Assembly (NCBI GenBank): GCA_001600695.1
Contig: BCKQ01000016.1
Location: forward strand, 273,814 to 320,746
Source of the DNA: Ascoidea asiatica JCM 7603
Taxonomy: Eukaryota; Fungi; Ascomycota
Length of the DNA stretch: 46,933 nucleotides
Reading direction: 5' to 3'
The notes under the pieces were generated by a model. It was not told where the DNA came from and did not search any database. It saw nothing but the letters and a program-made list of their open reading frames with translations. Below, one piece after another: positions 12,676 through 24,872 of this stretch. A program made the translations under genes and the position numbers. Positions within the stretch are counted from its first letter, which is position 1; each line of letters begins with the position of its first letter.

Positions 12676-13773
12676 AAATAAACAAACATGTCCAAGATCA
12701 AAAATTATCATTTATCAACTACAAAAAAACAACCCTTATATAACCAGAAAATAATTCTGGATTCTTCAATTCTTTAAAATTTCTCCTCAAGAAATTGTAA
12801 TGTGTAATGTGTAATGTGTATATTACTTTTTCCCATTTTATATTTCTTTATGACTTTTATTTTTTATGGTTTCAAATATTAACTAACATAGCTTTTTAAA
12901 CTTATTATTATTATTATTATTCTTCTTCTTCTTCAAATATCCTTTTCGTTCTTTAATTCCAAATGTGAATAATATGTTTTCTGTATTTATATATGTTTTT
13001 TCGAATAAATATCATTTTATTCTTATTAAAGTGATTATGAAATAGTCAATTTTAAAGATGTTTGCAACATGGTTTTACCCAACTAATTATAAGCCAACGG
13101 CCATTTTAGAGGATTTAGGAATATGATGCTACGAATTATCTGGCTGAGCTCAATCTCAGTATCAATAAAGATACAAAAGAGAACTCAAAACCAACTCGCT
13201 TGATAAACAATTTGTCAACTGAGCACCCCTGTTTCAATTCAAATACCAATAAAGAGATATCTGAAAACAAAATTTAAGAACAGCTCAACCTCTGAGTAAA
13301 CAAAAGGACCAGCTCTCAAACTCCAATTTAAACTGCCTCACGAAAGTCGATCTGCTACCAAAACTTACTACAGAACAAATAAAACCAAAGTTAAACCTGC
13401 CCTGAGGGTTAAAATAACACAAATTGATAATGACTCTAAAAAGAAGAAATCAAAAACAAAGTAAAAACATGAAATTTCAGTCTTCTTTTATATCTCTGCA
13501 ACACAAACCGAAAAAAATAAATAAAATGAAAAAAAAAACAATATTTTATTTACGTGGCTGACATAATCCGTCGGTTTCCGTACCCGGTTAAATTCAAATC
13601 TTTTTTAGGTCTCGAAATCGAAGCAGTCGAAGAAGAAGAAGAAGAAGAAGAAGAAGATGAAGATGGTGATGGTGATGAAGATGGTGAAGAAGATGAGAAA
13701 CAAGTTATTACATTTAATCTTTTTAGTGCTAGTTGTGGAGAAGTGAAAGAGGTTGTAGCCATAGACTAACTAG

Positions 13774-14472
<699 letters not shown>

Positions 14473-15031
14473 AATAACAGAAATCGCAATATTTTCAATT
14501 ATATATACTATATATATATATATATATTCATACATACATTCTGATAATTAGACATATTTTTTTTTTATATAAAACCTTCAGCAAATTCTGTAGCGTTTTT
14601 ACAAAATAATATTCTTTGAGCTTTGATTTTTAATTTTTAGGGAATTTTATCAATTTGTTTATTATAACTTCTTTGAAACGAAGAAAAAAAAATTAAGAAA
14701 AGAGAAGAGAAGAAAATAAAGTAAAGTAAAGTAAAGTAAAGTAGAAACATTAGGAGAGAAAAAAATCAGAAATAAGTAAAAAGATGGAGCTTTTAAGTAA
14801 GAAAAAAAAATTGCACCAAGAAATTTACATAAAATACTTACATACAATATATACGAACTTTCATTTAAACTTCGAAAATAAACATACAAATAAACAACAA
14901 AAACAAACAAACAACAAAAATTATTATTTCAATAACCAATTAGACAGCCATTAAGTTTACAAACTGTACCAAGCAAGATAAAATTAAATAAAAATAAATC
15001 GAGTACATAACATAGCAGCTAATAACTATAT

Positions 15032-16898
15032 TTACATTTCAGTATCATTTACTTCAGGTTCAGGATCAGGTTCAGTTACCGGTTCAAGGTCAGCATCTGG
15101 CTCAACCTTTGTTTCTTCGGTAGCAGGAGCTTCTTCTGTAACTACAGTATCTGTATCGGCAATTGGAGAAGATTCAGTTGTAGCTTCAGGTTCTGAAACA
15201 ATTGGTACATTACTAGATGGAACAGCTGGAGGAGGTACCTCTCCACCTGGAAGTTTAGCAAATGAAATACGTAATTCACGTTTACCATATTCAAATCCAT
15301 CTAATCTTTCGGTTGCAGCAACAGCATCTTCTTGAGATTCAAATCTAACAACAGCAGAACCATTAGATCTACCAGTACTATCAAATTGAATTTCAGCTAT
15401 ATCAACTCTACCAAGAGTTTCAAATAAATCATATAAATCATCATTTGTAGTTGACCATGGTAAATTAGAAACAAAAATTGTAGAACTTTCAACACCATTA
15501 CCTTTAACACCTTCAGAAAAATCACTATTAACCTTAGGTTTTGGACTACGAGTACGAGATCTAACTTCTTTAGTTTCTGTAGGTTCAACAGCATTATACT
15601 TACTTGCACGAACATCTAATTGTCTTCCATCCCAATCATCACCATTAAAACGTTCAATAGCTTTATCAGCTTCTTCTTTAGTTGCAAAACTAACAGTACC
15701 AAAACCCTTTGAACGACCTTTGAAATCTTCTTTTACATCAGCTCTTGTAACTTCACCACATTCACGAAATCTATCTTTAAGATCTTGCCAAGTAACTCTA
15801 AATGGTAAATTTGCAACAAAAATTTCAATACCTGGTGGACCACGAGTTTCACGACGTTCAAATTTATCTCTACCTCTATCACGATCAAATCTACTTTCTC
15901 TTCCACCATAACGATCATTTCCACCATATCTATCATCTCTTTCTCTATCTCTACCACCATAACGATCACTTCCACCATATCTATCACGACCAGAATCACG
16001 TTTTTCCGGAGGAGGATTATCTTCTCTAACAAAAATTTCACGACCTAAGAAAGTAGTATGATTATATTTATCAATAGCTTTTTGAACATCTTCTTGAGTT
16101 GAGAATTCAACAGTTCCCATACCTCTTGAACGACCATGAGAGGTAACAATATCAGCTCTTGCAACATCACCAACTTAAACAACAAATTAAAAAAAAAAGA
16201 AAAATTCGAAAATTACATGTTAGCAACTTCATTAAAAAACAAAGATAAAGTTTATAAGCAAGACAAAAAAAATCAAACAAACAAACAAACCACATCTTAT
16301 CTTATTTTATCTTATCATATCATATCAAATCATATCATATTCTATCATCATGAATCAATCAACAAGTGTTATAATTTTAAATATCTACAAACTCCATACT
16401 CATTCTTTAATACTTTTTATAACTTTAAATTACTATCTTTTTTTTTTCTATTCTCAAACTTTCTTTAGTTTCAACATTTATCTTATATGAGCTTAACTTG
16501 ACATATCATTTTTTCTATTAAATTAGGTTACTTATGTTCCAATTTAATAATAAAACAAATAATAAAACAAATTTAAATTTAACTTTATACTGACATGGAA
16601 ACTTGACGACAATAGCACAATAAAACAAGAATTAAAATAAAAAAGGGCAAAAATGCAAATAGCATAACAAAACAGAACAAAACAAAACAGAACAAATGTA
16701 AACTAAAAGCAAAAAATTAAAAGATAATATTAAAGCCCTTACAAAACCCAATTAACCTATATCTAGTAAATTCAGATAACAAATAACAAACAAATAATTA
16801 AGCAAATGTCAAACAAATGTTAAAAAAATTAGATATTTAAAATTAATTAAATATTTAATTAAAGAATTTAAATGAGAGGGGGTAGAAAAAAAAAAAAC

Positions 16899-16936
<38 letters not shown>

Positions 16937-17787
16937 AAAGAAAATAAACAGAAATAAAATGGGAAATAAAAAAAAAATGAAGTGCAAATGAATTAATAGT
17001 CCAAGTTATCAATATATATAATAATAATATATATAAAGTGATAATATAAAATAGAAGATGATTGGATTGAATAAGTTAATTTTGAATTAAATAAAATATA
17101 ATGAATTGAATTGAATTGAATTGAATTGAATTGAAGTCAATTGAAGTGAAGTGAAGTGAAATGAAATGAATTAGAAAGAAAATAGAGTGAAAAAATACAT
17201 ACCTTGTTTAAAATGATCTTCTAATTGTTGATAATCACAATGGAAAGGTAAATTACCAATAAAAATACTTTTTGAATAATTTCTATTTGATTTATCAGCA
17301 AATAAACCAAATTTTGAAGCAGGAGGAGGAGGTCTTCTATCATAACTTCCTCTATCTCTATCTCTTCCATAAGAACCTCTTGAATCTCTTGAATCTCTGT
17401 CTCTATTATAGGAACTTCTTGAATCTCTGTCTCTGTGATAGCCACCTCTTGAGTCTCTTGAGTCTCTGTCTCTATTATAAGAGCTTCTTGAATCTCTGTC
17501 TCTATTGAAACCTCCTCTTGAATCTCTTGTATCCCTAGAATCTCTGTCTCTTGGATAACCTCTACTAGGTCTATCTCTTCTATCATAGTCTCTTCCTTTA
17601 TCATAAGAGCTTCTTCTGACTGGAGAACGAGAACGATCACGATCCTATAAGTAAAAAAAATAAAAGAAATAAAGAGAGTTAGTAATATGAATTTTATGAA
17701 TTGATAAATGGGAAATCCAAAGTGGCAAAACTTCATTTAAGTACATACATCCCTAGAATAGTCGTCAATATCCATAGCTTCAGACAT
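15032..17787 (-). CDS. GBP2: SR-like three-RRM mRNA-binding protein Gbp2/Hrb1. Exons 17787-17749, 17644-17203 and 16173-15032; 540 aa
   Basis: Splicing gives a continuous frame of 39+442+1142=1623 nt: MSEAMDIDDYSRD|DRDRSRSP...SIFIGNLPFHCDYQQLEDHFKQ|VGDVARADIV..RSRGMGTVEF. It has an RS/RD-rich N-terminus and three RRMs. The ORF track captured only the last exon. Confidence 0.9.
16174..17202 (-). other. GBP2 intron 2 (1029 nt, phase 1), interrupting RRM1
   Basis: GTATGT donor at 17202-17197, TGCTAAC branch point at 16225-16219, AAG acceptor ending at 16174; removal restores the RRM1 frame. Confidence 0.85.
17645..17748 (-). other. GBP2 intron 1 (104 nt, phase 0)
   Basis: GTATGT donor at 17748-17743, TACTAAC branch point at 17684-17678, TAG acceptor ending at 17645. 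Confidence 0.9.
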
Positions 17788-18120
17788 GATTAAATAAAAA
17801 ATTGATTGATTGATTGATTCTATAGCAATTAGTTTTACCTTCTTTTGAATATTTGATTATTTGATATTGGAATTAAGCAGAATAATAATAATAATAATAA
17901 CAATAACAATAACAATAACAATAACAATAAGAAGTCAAATATGATTATGAATATGAATGTGAATGGGAATATATGAAAGTGGTTTGGGTTGTAAACAGTG
18001 AGTTGAATTTAAATGTTACTATCAAAGCGCAGTCCTTGCACAAGAATCCGCTCGAAAAGTGAAATTGGAGTGAAAAACCTTTTTTGAGCTTGCCCAAACG
18101 AAGGTTTACACCGGGGTCCA

Positions 18121-18236
18121 GTCACATGCTCTACGGGGGTCTGTTTCTTGCTTTTGTTTTCTTGTCTCAGGCGCGTTTCACGTGGTCGAGCCGTGTCACA
18201 TGATATCCACTTAGCTGGTCTCCGGCGCATCACATG
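18121..18236. promoter_or_regulatory. Cluster of four Cbf1-type TCACRTG elements upstream of GBP2
   Basis: GTCACATG at 18121, TCACGTG at 18178, GTCACATG at 18195 and ATCACATG at 18229, all inside a GC-rich island. Confidence 0.55.
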
Positions 18237-18842
18237 ATTTCTGATACTTCTTTGCTGCTATGCCCTAAATAAATGTATTCTTCTTCAATCTCAAATTCTC
18301 TCCAACTTCTCAATGAAAATTTTCAAATGTGTTTCATATAAATACAGAGAGAGGTAAATATTTCTTTTTATTAACAATATATAGATCGAATTATGATATC
18401 AATATTGTTTTATATCTAACACAATCTTTAATGAATTGTGACAGATAATATGTTATCTCCTTTTTTTAGTTCAATTATGTTTCTTTGATCTATTTCTTTT
18501 TCCAATTGGTATGTTTCTTATTCAAAAAATTATCTATATTAAATGTTTTATGGTATTGTGAAGTTTGAAAAATAATGTTTAAGTGATGATAAATTGTGCA
18601 TAGTTCAACCAAAGACTACTATCTTATGACGACAAATACTCCATCGAAATTAGTCTTTCACCCCTATCTGATTTATAAAATATTATCAAATTTCAATTTT
18701 TATTTCAATTTCTATATTAATTAATCTCAATCAAATCATTTGACTTACAATTTACTAACTAAATTATTTTATCTATTTTTTTCAGATTTGTTTATTATTA
18801 TTTAGTATATAGTTTCTAATATAAAGTCTTTTAATAAAAATT

Positions 18843-19652
18843 TTAAACTTTTGGTTCAATTATATCTAATTTATTTGTAATTTCTTTAAAATATAAAATT
18901 ATTGATAATATTGAATTTATTATACTAAATGTAAATGCTGTCCAAATTATACCTAAAGCTTTATTACCTTGTTTACCTTGAATAATATTTAAACTTGAAG
19001 GTTCAACTAATTCAATTCCACTTTTTATTGAAATATGTACCCACATTGATCCAATACCCCAAATTAATGTAATAATTAATGATAAAATTAATGAAATTTT
19101 ATTACTTTTATTTTTAAATGGTGCAAATGGTATACAATTATATATATGAATAATGAATATTAAACAATTTAAAATTATTGTAATTATTAAAATATATGGT
19201 TCAATAACTTCTTCTGAAAATTTTAATCCAATTTTTATAATATCTAAAGTACCTGTTGTACCCTTTTTTGATGAATTATATAATGAAATTGCTGAATAAT
19301 CAAGATAATTTTTTAAATTTGAATTTATTGAACATATTGTTCCATTATTTGTTATAATTGTAGAACTATTATTACCATTTAAACTATAATTTTCTATACA
19401 AAAATTTAAATATCCTAATTTAATTTTAATATCTCCTGCATTTGTTGAATTTTTTTCTTCATAAGCTTCTTCAATTAATGTATATATTGAACTTGTTTTA
19501 TTAAATTCATATTCAATTAAATATATTGATGATAATGATTTATTATTCTTACTACATCCCGTTAATAAAAATGTTAATAAAAATATACTAATAAAAATTA
19601 TTATTATTGCAAAATATCTTGGTCCTTTTTTTAAAACTAATAATGATAACAT
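18843..19652 (-). CDS. FIG1: Fig1-like pheromone-induced membrane protein (Sur7/PalI/claudin-like, 4 TM)
   Basis: First in-frame ATG is at 19652 (the ORF-track start is a GTG). TM1 is followed by LLTGC..IYL; the claudin-like motif GYLNFC...C and three further TM segments are present. Confidence 0.75.
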   Translation of the reverse strand: MLSLLVLKKGPRYFAIIIIFISIFLLTFLLTGCSKNNKSLSSIYLIEYEFNKTSSIYTLIEEAYEEKNSTNAGDIKIKLGYLNFCIENYSLNGNNSSTIITNNGTICSINSNLKNYLDYSAISLYNSSKKGTTGTLDIIKIGLKFSEEVIEPYILIITIILNCLIFIIHIYNCIPFAPFKNKSNKISLILSLIITLIWGIGSMWVHISIKSGIELVEPSSLNIIQGKQGNKALGIIWTAFTFSIINSILSIILYFKEITNKLDIIEPKV

Positions 19653-19999
19653 CTTAATAACTTTTTTTAAATCTAATTTAATATACACTATATTTTTAAT
19701 CTTAAAAGATCTCTATTCAATTTCAAATTCAAATCTATATGATTTCTTCTCTTTTATATATTTCAAATCCATTTTATTTTCAATATTCAAAAGAAACAGA
19801 AAATACGATATATAAAAATCATACATTATAAACTTTTGAATTTGGTATTATAATTATATTAAATGATAAAATATTTCTATAAATATATGTTAAATTATAT
19901 TAAAATTCTTTAAATAATGATAAATTACAAATCCTGAAATGGGTTTTGAAACTTTTATTTAGGACAAACACCAATAATATTTAGGAACACATATTTTAC

Positions 20000-20007
20000 T
20001 TACCCGG
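20000..20007 (+). promoter_or_regulatory. Reb1-type site TTACCCGG in the FIG1/SGF29 divergent promoter
   Basis: Exact consensus match. A second TTACCCG lies at 42681 upstream of EGD2. Confidence 0.45.
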
Positions 20008-20162
20008 GCCTCGGTGTCCCATCCGGTTTCAAGACCCTTTAAATTCATTATTATCAATTTGAGTTTATTGTTTATTTATTATTAATATATTGCTTTAATT
20101 CAATAATTCTAAAAGTAGAAAGTAAATTAATTAATCAATAAAGAATAACAAAATATAATAAT

Positions 20163-21455
20163 ATGGATTCAAATTTAGAAGATAAGTGGGATATTATAAC
20201 TACAACTTTACAGGATATATTTAATGCAAATCAAACAAATTCTTTTGATAAACTAAAATTACCAATAAATGATAAAAATGATTTAAAATCAAGTAAATTA
20301 TCAATAAATAAATTAAATGATTTAAATTTTAAAATTGTTAGACATAAAGAAAATATTGAAAGATGTGAAAGATTATTAGATACTGTTATTGAAAATATTG
20401 AATTTTTAATTGATGCAAAAATCTCTTTTAATAATTCAAATTCTATAAATTCAAATTCAAATAATATTTCTTATTCAACTAATAGTACTAAAAGTACTAA
20501 TAATCTAATTAACTCTATTAGTCCAATTCATTCAAATAATAATTCAAATAATTCAAATCATTTTCATGGATTTAATAATTCTAATTCCAATTCTAGTATT
20601 TCAAATAAAAATCAATTTAAATTCAAAAATCATCAAAAATTACAAATCTCTCAGGATCCTGATTTTATAGATAATAATGAAAATAATAAAAATATCACTT
20701 CAAATATCACTTCCAATACAAATCAATTTCATTCAAAATCAATGAGCCCATATTTTTCTTCTTCTTCTAATAATAATAATAATGAAAATATTGATAATAT
20801 AACTTTTACATCAAATCAACTTAAGATTAAGTCCCTGAATAAATCTAGATCAAGATCAAAATCTCCTTTGAAAGATCAAAGAAATAATATTTCAAATAAA
20901 AGACAACAATTACAACAAATTCCAAAAATTTCAGAAATTTCAGAAATTTCTCCAAATGATAATATTAATTTATCTGATTTTGAACCACAATTGAATAGAA
21001 AAGTTAAATTAAATAATAAAAAGGGTAAAAGTTATTTTAGTTCTTTATATAATGTTTCTGGTCCAATAATTTTAGGTTCTGAAGTTGTTTATAAATATAA
21101 AACTTCTATAGATCATGAATGGATTCAATGTGAAGTTATAAAAATTTTAGATCAAACTCATTTTAAAATTAGAGATCCAGAACCTGATAGTAATAATCAT
21201 TGTCAAACTTTTGATGTTAATTGGAAAGAAATTATTTTAATACCAAGTTTAAAAGATGTTTCCAATGGTTTAAAAAATTATCCACCAAGATCAAGAGTAT
21301 TAGCAAGATATCCAGAAACTACAACTTTTTATCCAGCTGAAGTTATATCTTCTAAAAGAGATGGAACATGTAGATTGAAATTTGAAGGAGAAGAAGAAGA
21401 AGGTAAAGAAACTGAAGTTTTAAGAAGTTTAGTTTTACCTTTTCCTAAATTATGA
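20163..21455 (+). CDS. SGF29: SAGA-associated factor Sgf29 (C-terminal tandem Tudor domain)
   Basis: EWIQCEV, RDPEPD, VLARYPETTTFYPAEV and CRLKFEGEEEEGKETEV; Asn/Ser-rich linker. Confidence 0.93.
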   Translation: MDSNLEDKWDIITTTLQDIFNANQTNSFDKLKLPINDKNDLKSSKLSINKLNDLNFKIVRHKENIERCERLLDTVIENIEFLIDAKISFNNSNSINSNSNNISYSTNSTKSTNNLINSISPIHSNNNSNNSNHFHGFNNSNSNSSISNKNQFKFKNHQKLQISQDPDFIDNNENNKNITSNITSNTNQFHSKSMSPYFSSSSNNNNNENIDNITFTSNQLKIKSLNKSRSRSKSPLKDQRNNISNKRQQLQQIPKISEISEISPNDNINLSDFEPQLNRKVKLNNKKGKSYFSSLYNVSGPIILGSEVVYKYKTSIDHEWIQCEVIKILDQTHFKIRDPEPDSNNHCQTFDVNWKEIILIPSLKDVSNGLKNYPPRSRVLARYPETTTFYPAEVISSKRDGTCRLKFEGEEEEGKETEVLRSLVLPFPKL

Positions 21456-21852
21456 AATTATATAATAATATATATATTGTATATTCATAAAAATTAAATG
21501 AAGTGAAATGAAATAAAGTTAAAAGTTGAAGGTTACAAAAAAGAATTTAAAAAAAAAAAATTAATTACAGTGTAAAATGTATAATATAAGTATGTACTTT
21601 TTTTTTTTATATATATAAAATATCTGGAGAGATGGATATAAATAAACTACAAATTGTTATTTTATAAAGTATCATAGAATATATTTTTTATATATAAATT
21701 TGAGCATAAATATTAATAATAATTAATGTAAGGTTTGTTATATAAGAGTCATAGGAATATTAAAAGTAGAAGAGGAAAAATAAAAAATGAGTTATGAATG
21801 AAGAATAAAATAGAATAGAAGATTAAAGTTAAAAAAAAAAAAAAAAACATAT

Positions 21853-23097
21853 TTAATTTGAATGCCAGTTAATTTCAGGAGCAGAAGTTTCAGGTAATTC
21901 AGCTATACATTTATAATTAGTAAAATCATTTTTAACAGATTTATTTGATTTAAAAGATTGACCATCGGTATACATTGGATCAAATTGTCTACCATTTTGT
22001 TTTTCAACATTAAAATGTTTTTTAACCATATGAGCAACTAAATTTTGATAATGAACAACACCTCTTTCTTTTAAAGGATGTAAGAAACCAGTTGAATAAA
22101 TACCTTGATTTAAATTTTTTTGTGTTAAAGTACATAAATTATAATCTTCAATTTCAACTTGTTGTAAAAAATCAACAAATTCATCTTTTTCAATTTTTGG
22201 TAAACCTTTTTTAGTATAAATATCATATTGTAAAATAGTATGAGTTGGAGTTATTGGTAAAACTCTAATTGAATACCAAGCAGGAGAATAACAATTTATA
22301 CCATTAGTTGGATATAAATAAACCCATAAACCATCATTTTCACCACCTTTATTTTTTTCTTTTTTAATTTCTTTTGGTTTTTTATCTTGTTTACCCCAAC
22401 CAAACCAAGAAGATTCATCATCAGGATCAATTTCAGATTCCATTACAGGAACTTCTTCTTTAACAATTTCAGCATAATGACGACAATAATTATTTTTTGG
22501 TACAACTTTATAAGTATTCATTTTAAAAGCAACATTTAAACCAGGATGAGCAGTTGGACAATGATAACATTCTTGATAACCATCCATTAAAGTTTTCCAA
22601 TTAAATTTTCCATCTAATTCATAAGACATATAATATTCATAATCTGAAAAATTATATTCATTCATTTCATTTTGTAAACCAGAATAAAAATCATCAAATG
22701 GAATTGGACCTTTAATTGAATTATTAAAATTAATAAAAATTAAACCTTGATCAGTTACAAAAGTATTAATTTTATATAAATTTAATTTATTTTTTGATAA
22801 ATCATTTAAAATATCATTAGAATGTTTATGATAAGCTTCAATTTTATTTAAAGAATTTTTAATTAAAAAAAATTGAGTACCCATAATATTAAATAAAAAA
22901 TATTGATTAATGGAAGTAAATTTACAAATATGAGTTAAATATAACCAACCTTTATTAAAAATTGATCTTTTTTCAAGATCAAAAACAGCTTTTGAAGTCC
23001 ACCAAGAAGCAGGTAAAGTATGTTCACCAGGTAATAATTTTTCTTCATCTGTATAAGCAGGAGGTTTGGCGACTAAAGGAGCAACAGTTGCAGACAT
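21853..23097 (-). CDS. Choline monooxygenase-like / ring-hydroxylating oxygenase alpha subunit lacking the Rieske CxH..CxxH ligands
   Basis: TLPASWW..FDLEKRSIF..W N-terminus; catalytic motif NWKTLMDGYQECYHCPTAHP; QVEIEDYNLC..QKNL..G.L...E.GV..YQ C-terminus. Confidence 0.8.
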   Translation of the reverse strand: MSATVAPLVAKPPAYTDEEKLLPGEHTLPASWWTSKAVFDLEKRSIFNKGWLYLTHICKFTSINQYFLFNIMGTQFFLIKNSLNKIEAYHKHSNDILNDLSKNKLNLYKINTFVTDQGLIFINFNNSIKGPIPFDDFYSGLQNEMNEYNFSDYEYYMSYELDGKFNWKTLMDGYQECYHCPTAHPGLNVAFKMNTYKVVPKNNYCRHYAEIVKEEVPVMESEIDPDDESSWFGWGKQDKKPKEIKKEKNKGGENDGLWVYLYPTNGINCYSPAWYSIRVLPITPTHTILQYDIYTKKGLPKIEKDEFVDFLQQVEIEDYNLCTLTQKNLNQGIYSTGFLHPLKERGVVHYQNLVAHMVKKHFNVEKQNGRQFDPMYTDGQSFKSNKSVKNDFTNYKCIAELPETSAPEINWHSN

Positions 23098-23849
23098 TTT
23101 AATATATAGATTAGTTTGGAATAATAATAATAATTTATAGTGATAATTAATAATTAATAATTAATAATTGATAATAATAATAATAATAATATGAAAGAAG
23201 TTTAAGAGAATATTATCTTATTGTGAATTTCGAAACTATTTATATCAATGAAATATTCGAATAAAAAGATTATTTTGTATCTTGATCAAATTCTTAAATT
23301 CAATAAATTCTAAATTGGATCTTAATTTCATTTTCAATCTCAAATTCTTATCATTATTGAAGTTTCAATCATACATCAGTTGAAGATACTAAGAAATCTG
23401 TCAACTAACACACAAATAAATGAAATTTATTCCATAGTTGTATTGTAATACGATATAAGGATAAGGATTATTTGCTTGCTAAGTTTGTAAGTAGCTTTAT
23501 AATCAGCAATGATGTTAAAATAGTTTAATCTAAGTGTACAATGGAATATGTAGATATAGATAGATAGATAGATAGATAGATAGATCAAAGAAGATAGAAC
23601 AAACCAGAATTCTAATAACCTAAAATAAACATTCAATTACATGAAATGAGATGCTCAGGGACGAAGAAAGTAAATGGAATAAAGAGGATAATAAAAGTAA
23701 TGAGGATAGCAATGGAGCAATGTGATTTGCCAGAGCAAGAACATGAATAGTATATCAGGAAGACTCGACGAGTTTAAGATAAAGGTTCTTTCTTTCTCTG
23801 TGGCAAAGCATTTTTTAAAGCATTTTTTAAAGCTTCTTTTATCAGCTTC

Positions 23850-24070
23850 CACTGGGCTTCACCTGCGCTGTTTCTTTGCTCCTGCCGCTTTGGGAAGGAG
23901 AAATGGAGGGATCTCCGTGCTGCTCCGTGCGCGGGGGCTGTTTCCTGCGCGCGGAGGTCCTTGCCACCGAGCGGAATTTCCTGCTGTTGCTGAAGCTGTT
24001 GCTGAAACTGCTGTTGCTGAAACTGCTGTTGCTGTTGCTGCTGCTCTTGGAGCCAGTTCTGGTGCTTGGG
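23850..24070. promoter_or_regulatory. GC-rich, CGG/CCG-rich island with a CTG/GCT repeat in the oxygenase/MOCS2 divergent promoter
   Basis: Strong local GC peak with multiple CCG/CGG triplets; GATAAG elements nearby at 23347 and 23460. Confidence 0.45.
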
Positions 24071-24172
24071 AAATGGAGTGGAGTTCATTTCATTCATTCA
24101 TTCACTTGTTTATTCTCTTTTTAATAATCTATGATACATCTAGAATTTGATTCATTTTATCTAATCAATCCA

Positions 24173-24727
24173 ATGGCAAAAGAAGAAGTAGAAGTAGAAG
24201 TAGAAGTAGAAAAAGAAAAAGAAAAAGAAAAAGAAAAAGAGGTGACTACCTGGTTTGGTCCAAAAGATGACGAAGATATCATAGTCTCAATCACCAAGAA
24301 TCCATTAGATATTTTGATTCCTTATGAATTTGTAAAATCTCCAAAAGCTGGTGCAATAATCTCATTTTCTGGAATCACTAGAGATAATTTTAATTCAAAA
24401 CATGTAACAAAATTATCTTATGAAGCTCATATTTCAATGGCTTTAAAATCAATGTATAAAATTGCAAAAGAAACAAAATTAAAATATTCAAATTTTAAAT
24501 CTAAAGATTTTATACATAAAATTTATATATCTCATAGAATTGGTGAAGTTCCAGTAATGGATGAAAGTATTTTAATTACTTTAAGTAGTTCTCATAGAAA
24601 TGAAGGTTGGAATTCAGCAATTTCAATTTTAGAAAAAATTAAAGAAAATGTTGAAATTTGGAAAACTGAATTTTATAATGATGGTACTTCAAATTGGAAA
24701 CAAAATGAAAATTCAATTATTCAATAA
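24173..24727 (+). CDS. MOCS2: Molybdopterin synthase catalytic (large) subunit, MoaE/MOCS2B/CnxH
   Basis: AGAIISFSGITRD, LSYEAH..MA, HRIGEVP..ESI...SS.HR and K..VEIWK.EFY. Start is at 24173 or 24131. Confidence 0.92.
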   Translation: MAKEEVEVEVEVEKEKEKEKEKEVTTWFGPKDDEDIIVSITKNPLDILIPYEFVKSPKAGAIISFSGITRDNFNSKHVTKLSYEAHISMALKSMYKIAKETKLKYSNFKSKDFIHKIYISHRIGEVPVMDESILITLSSSHRNEGWNSAISILEKIKENVEIWKTEFYNDGTSNWKQNENSIIQ

Positions 24728-24872
24728 TTAATTTAATTAACTATTCTATTATAATCTATTGTATATTTAAAACCTTAGAATTTATTTAATCTATTTACAT
24801 AATTCATTTTATACTTTATTTATTTCACTTTCACTTTCATTTTCATTTTCATTTTCATTTTCATTTTCATTT

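Noticed and set aside
17221-17736. 171-aa ORF from the track
   Set aside because: It is an alternative frame of GBP2 exon 2; the spliced RS/RRM frame explains the sequence.
23722-24150. 142-aa ORF overlapping the MOCS2 5' end as a bicistronic MOCS2A/MoaD, and the antisense 107-aa polyQ ORF
   Set aside because: There is no C-terminal Gly-Gly and the start is a GTG. Several frames are open simply because the GC-rich CTG repeat lacks stops, and codon usage is unlike host genes.
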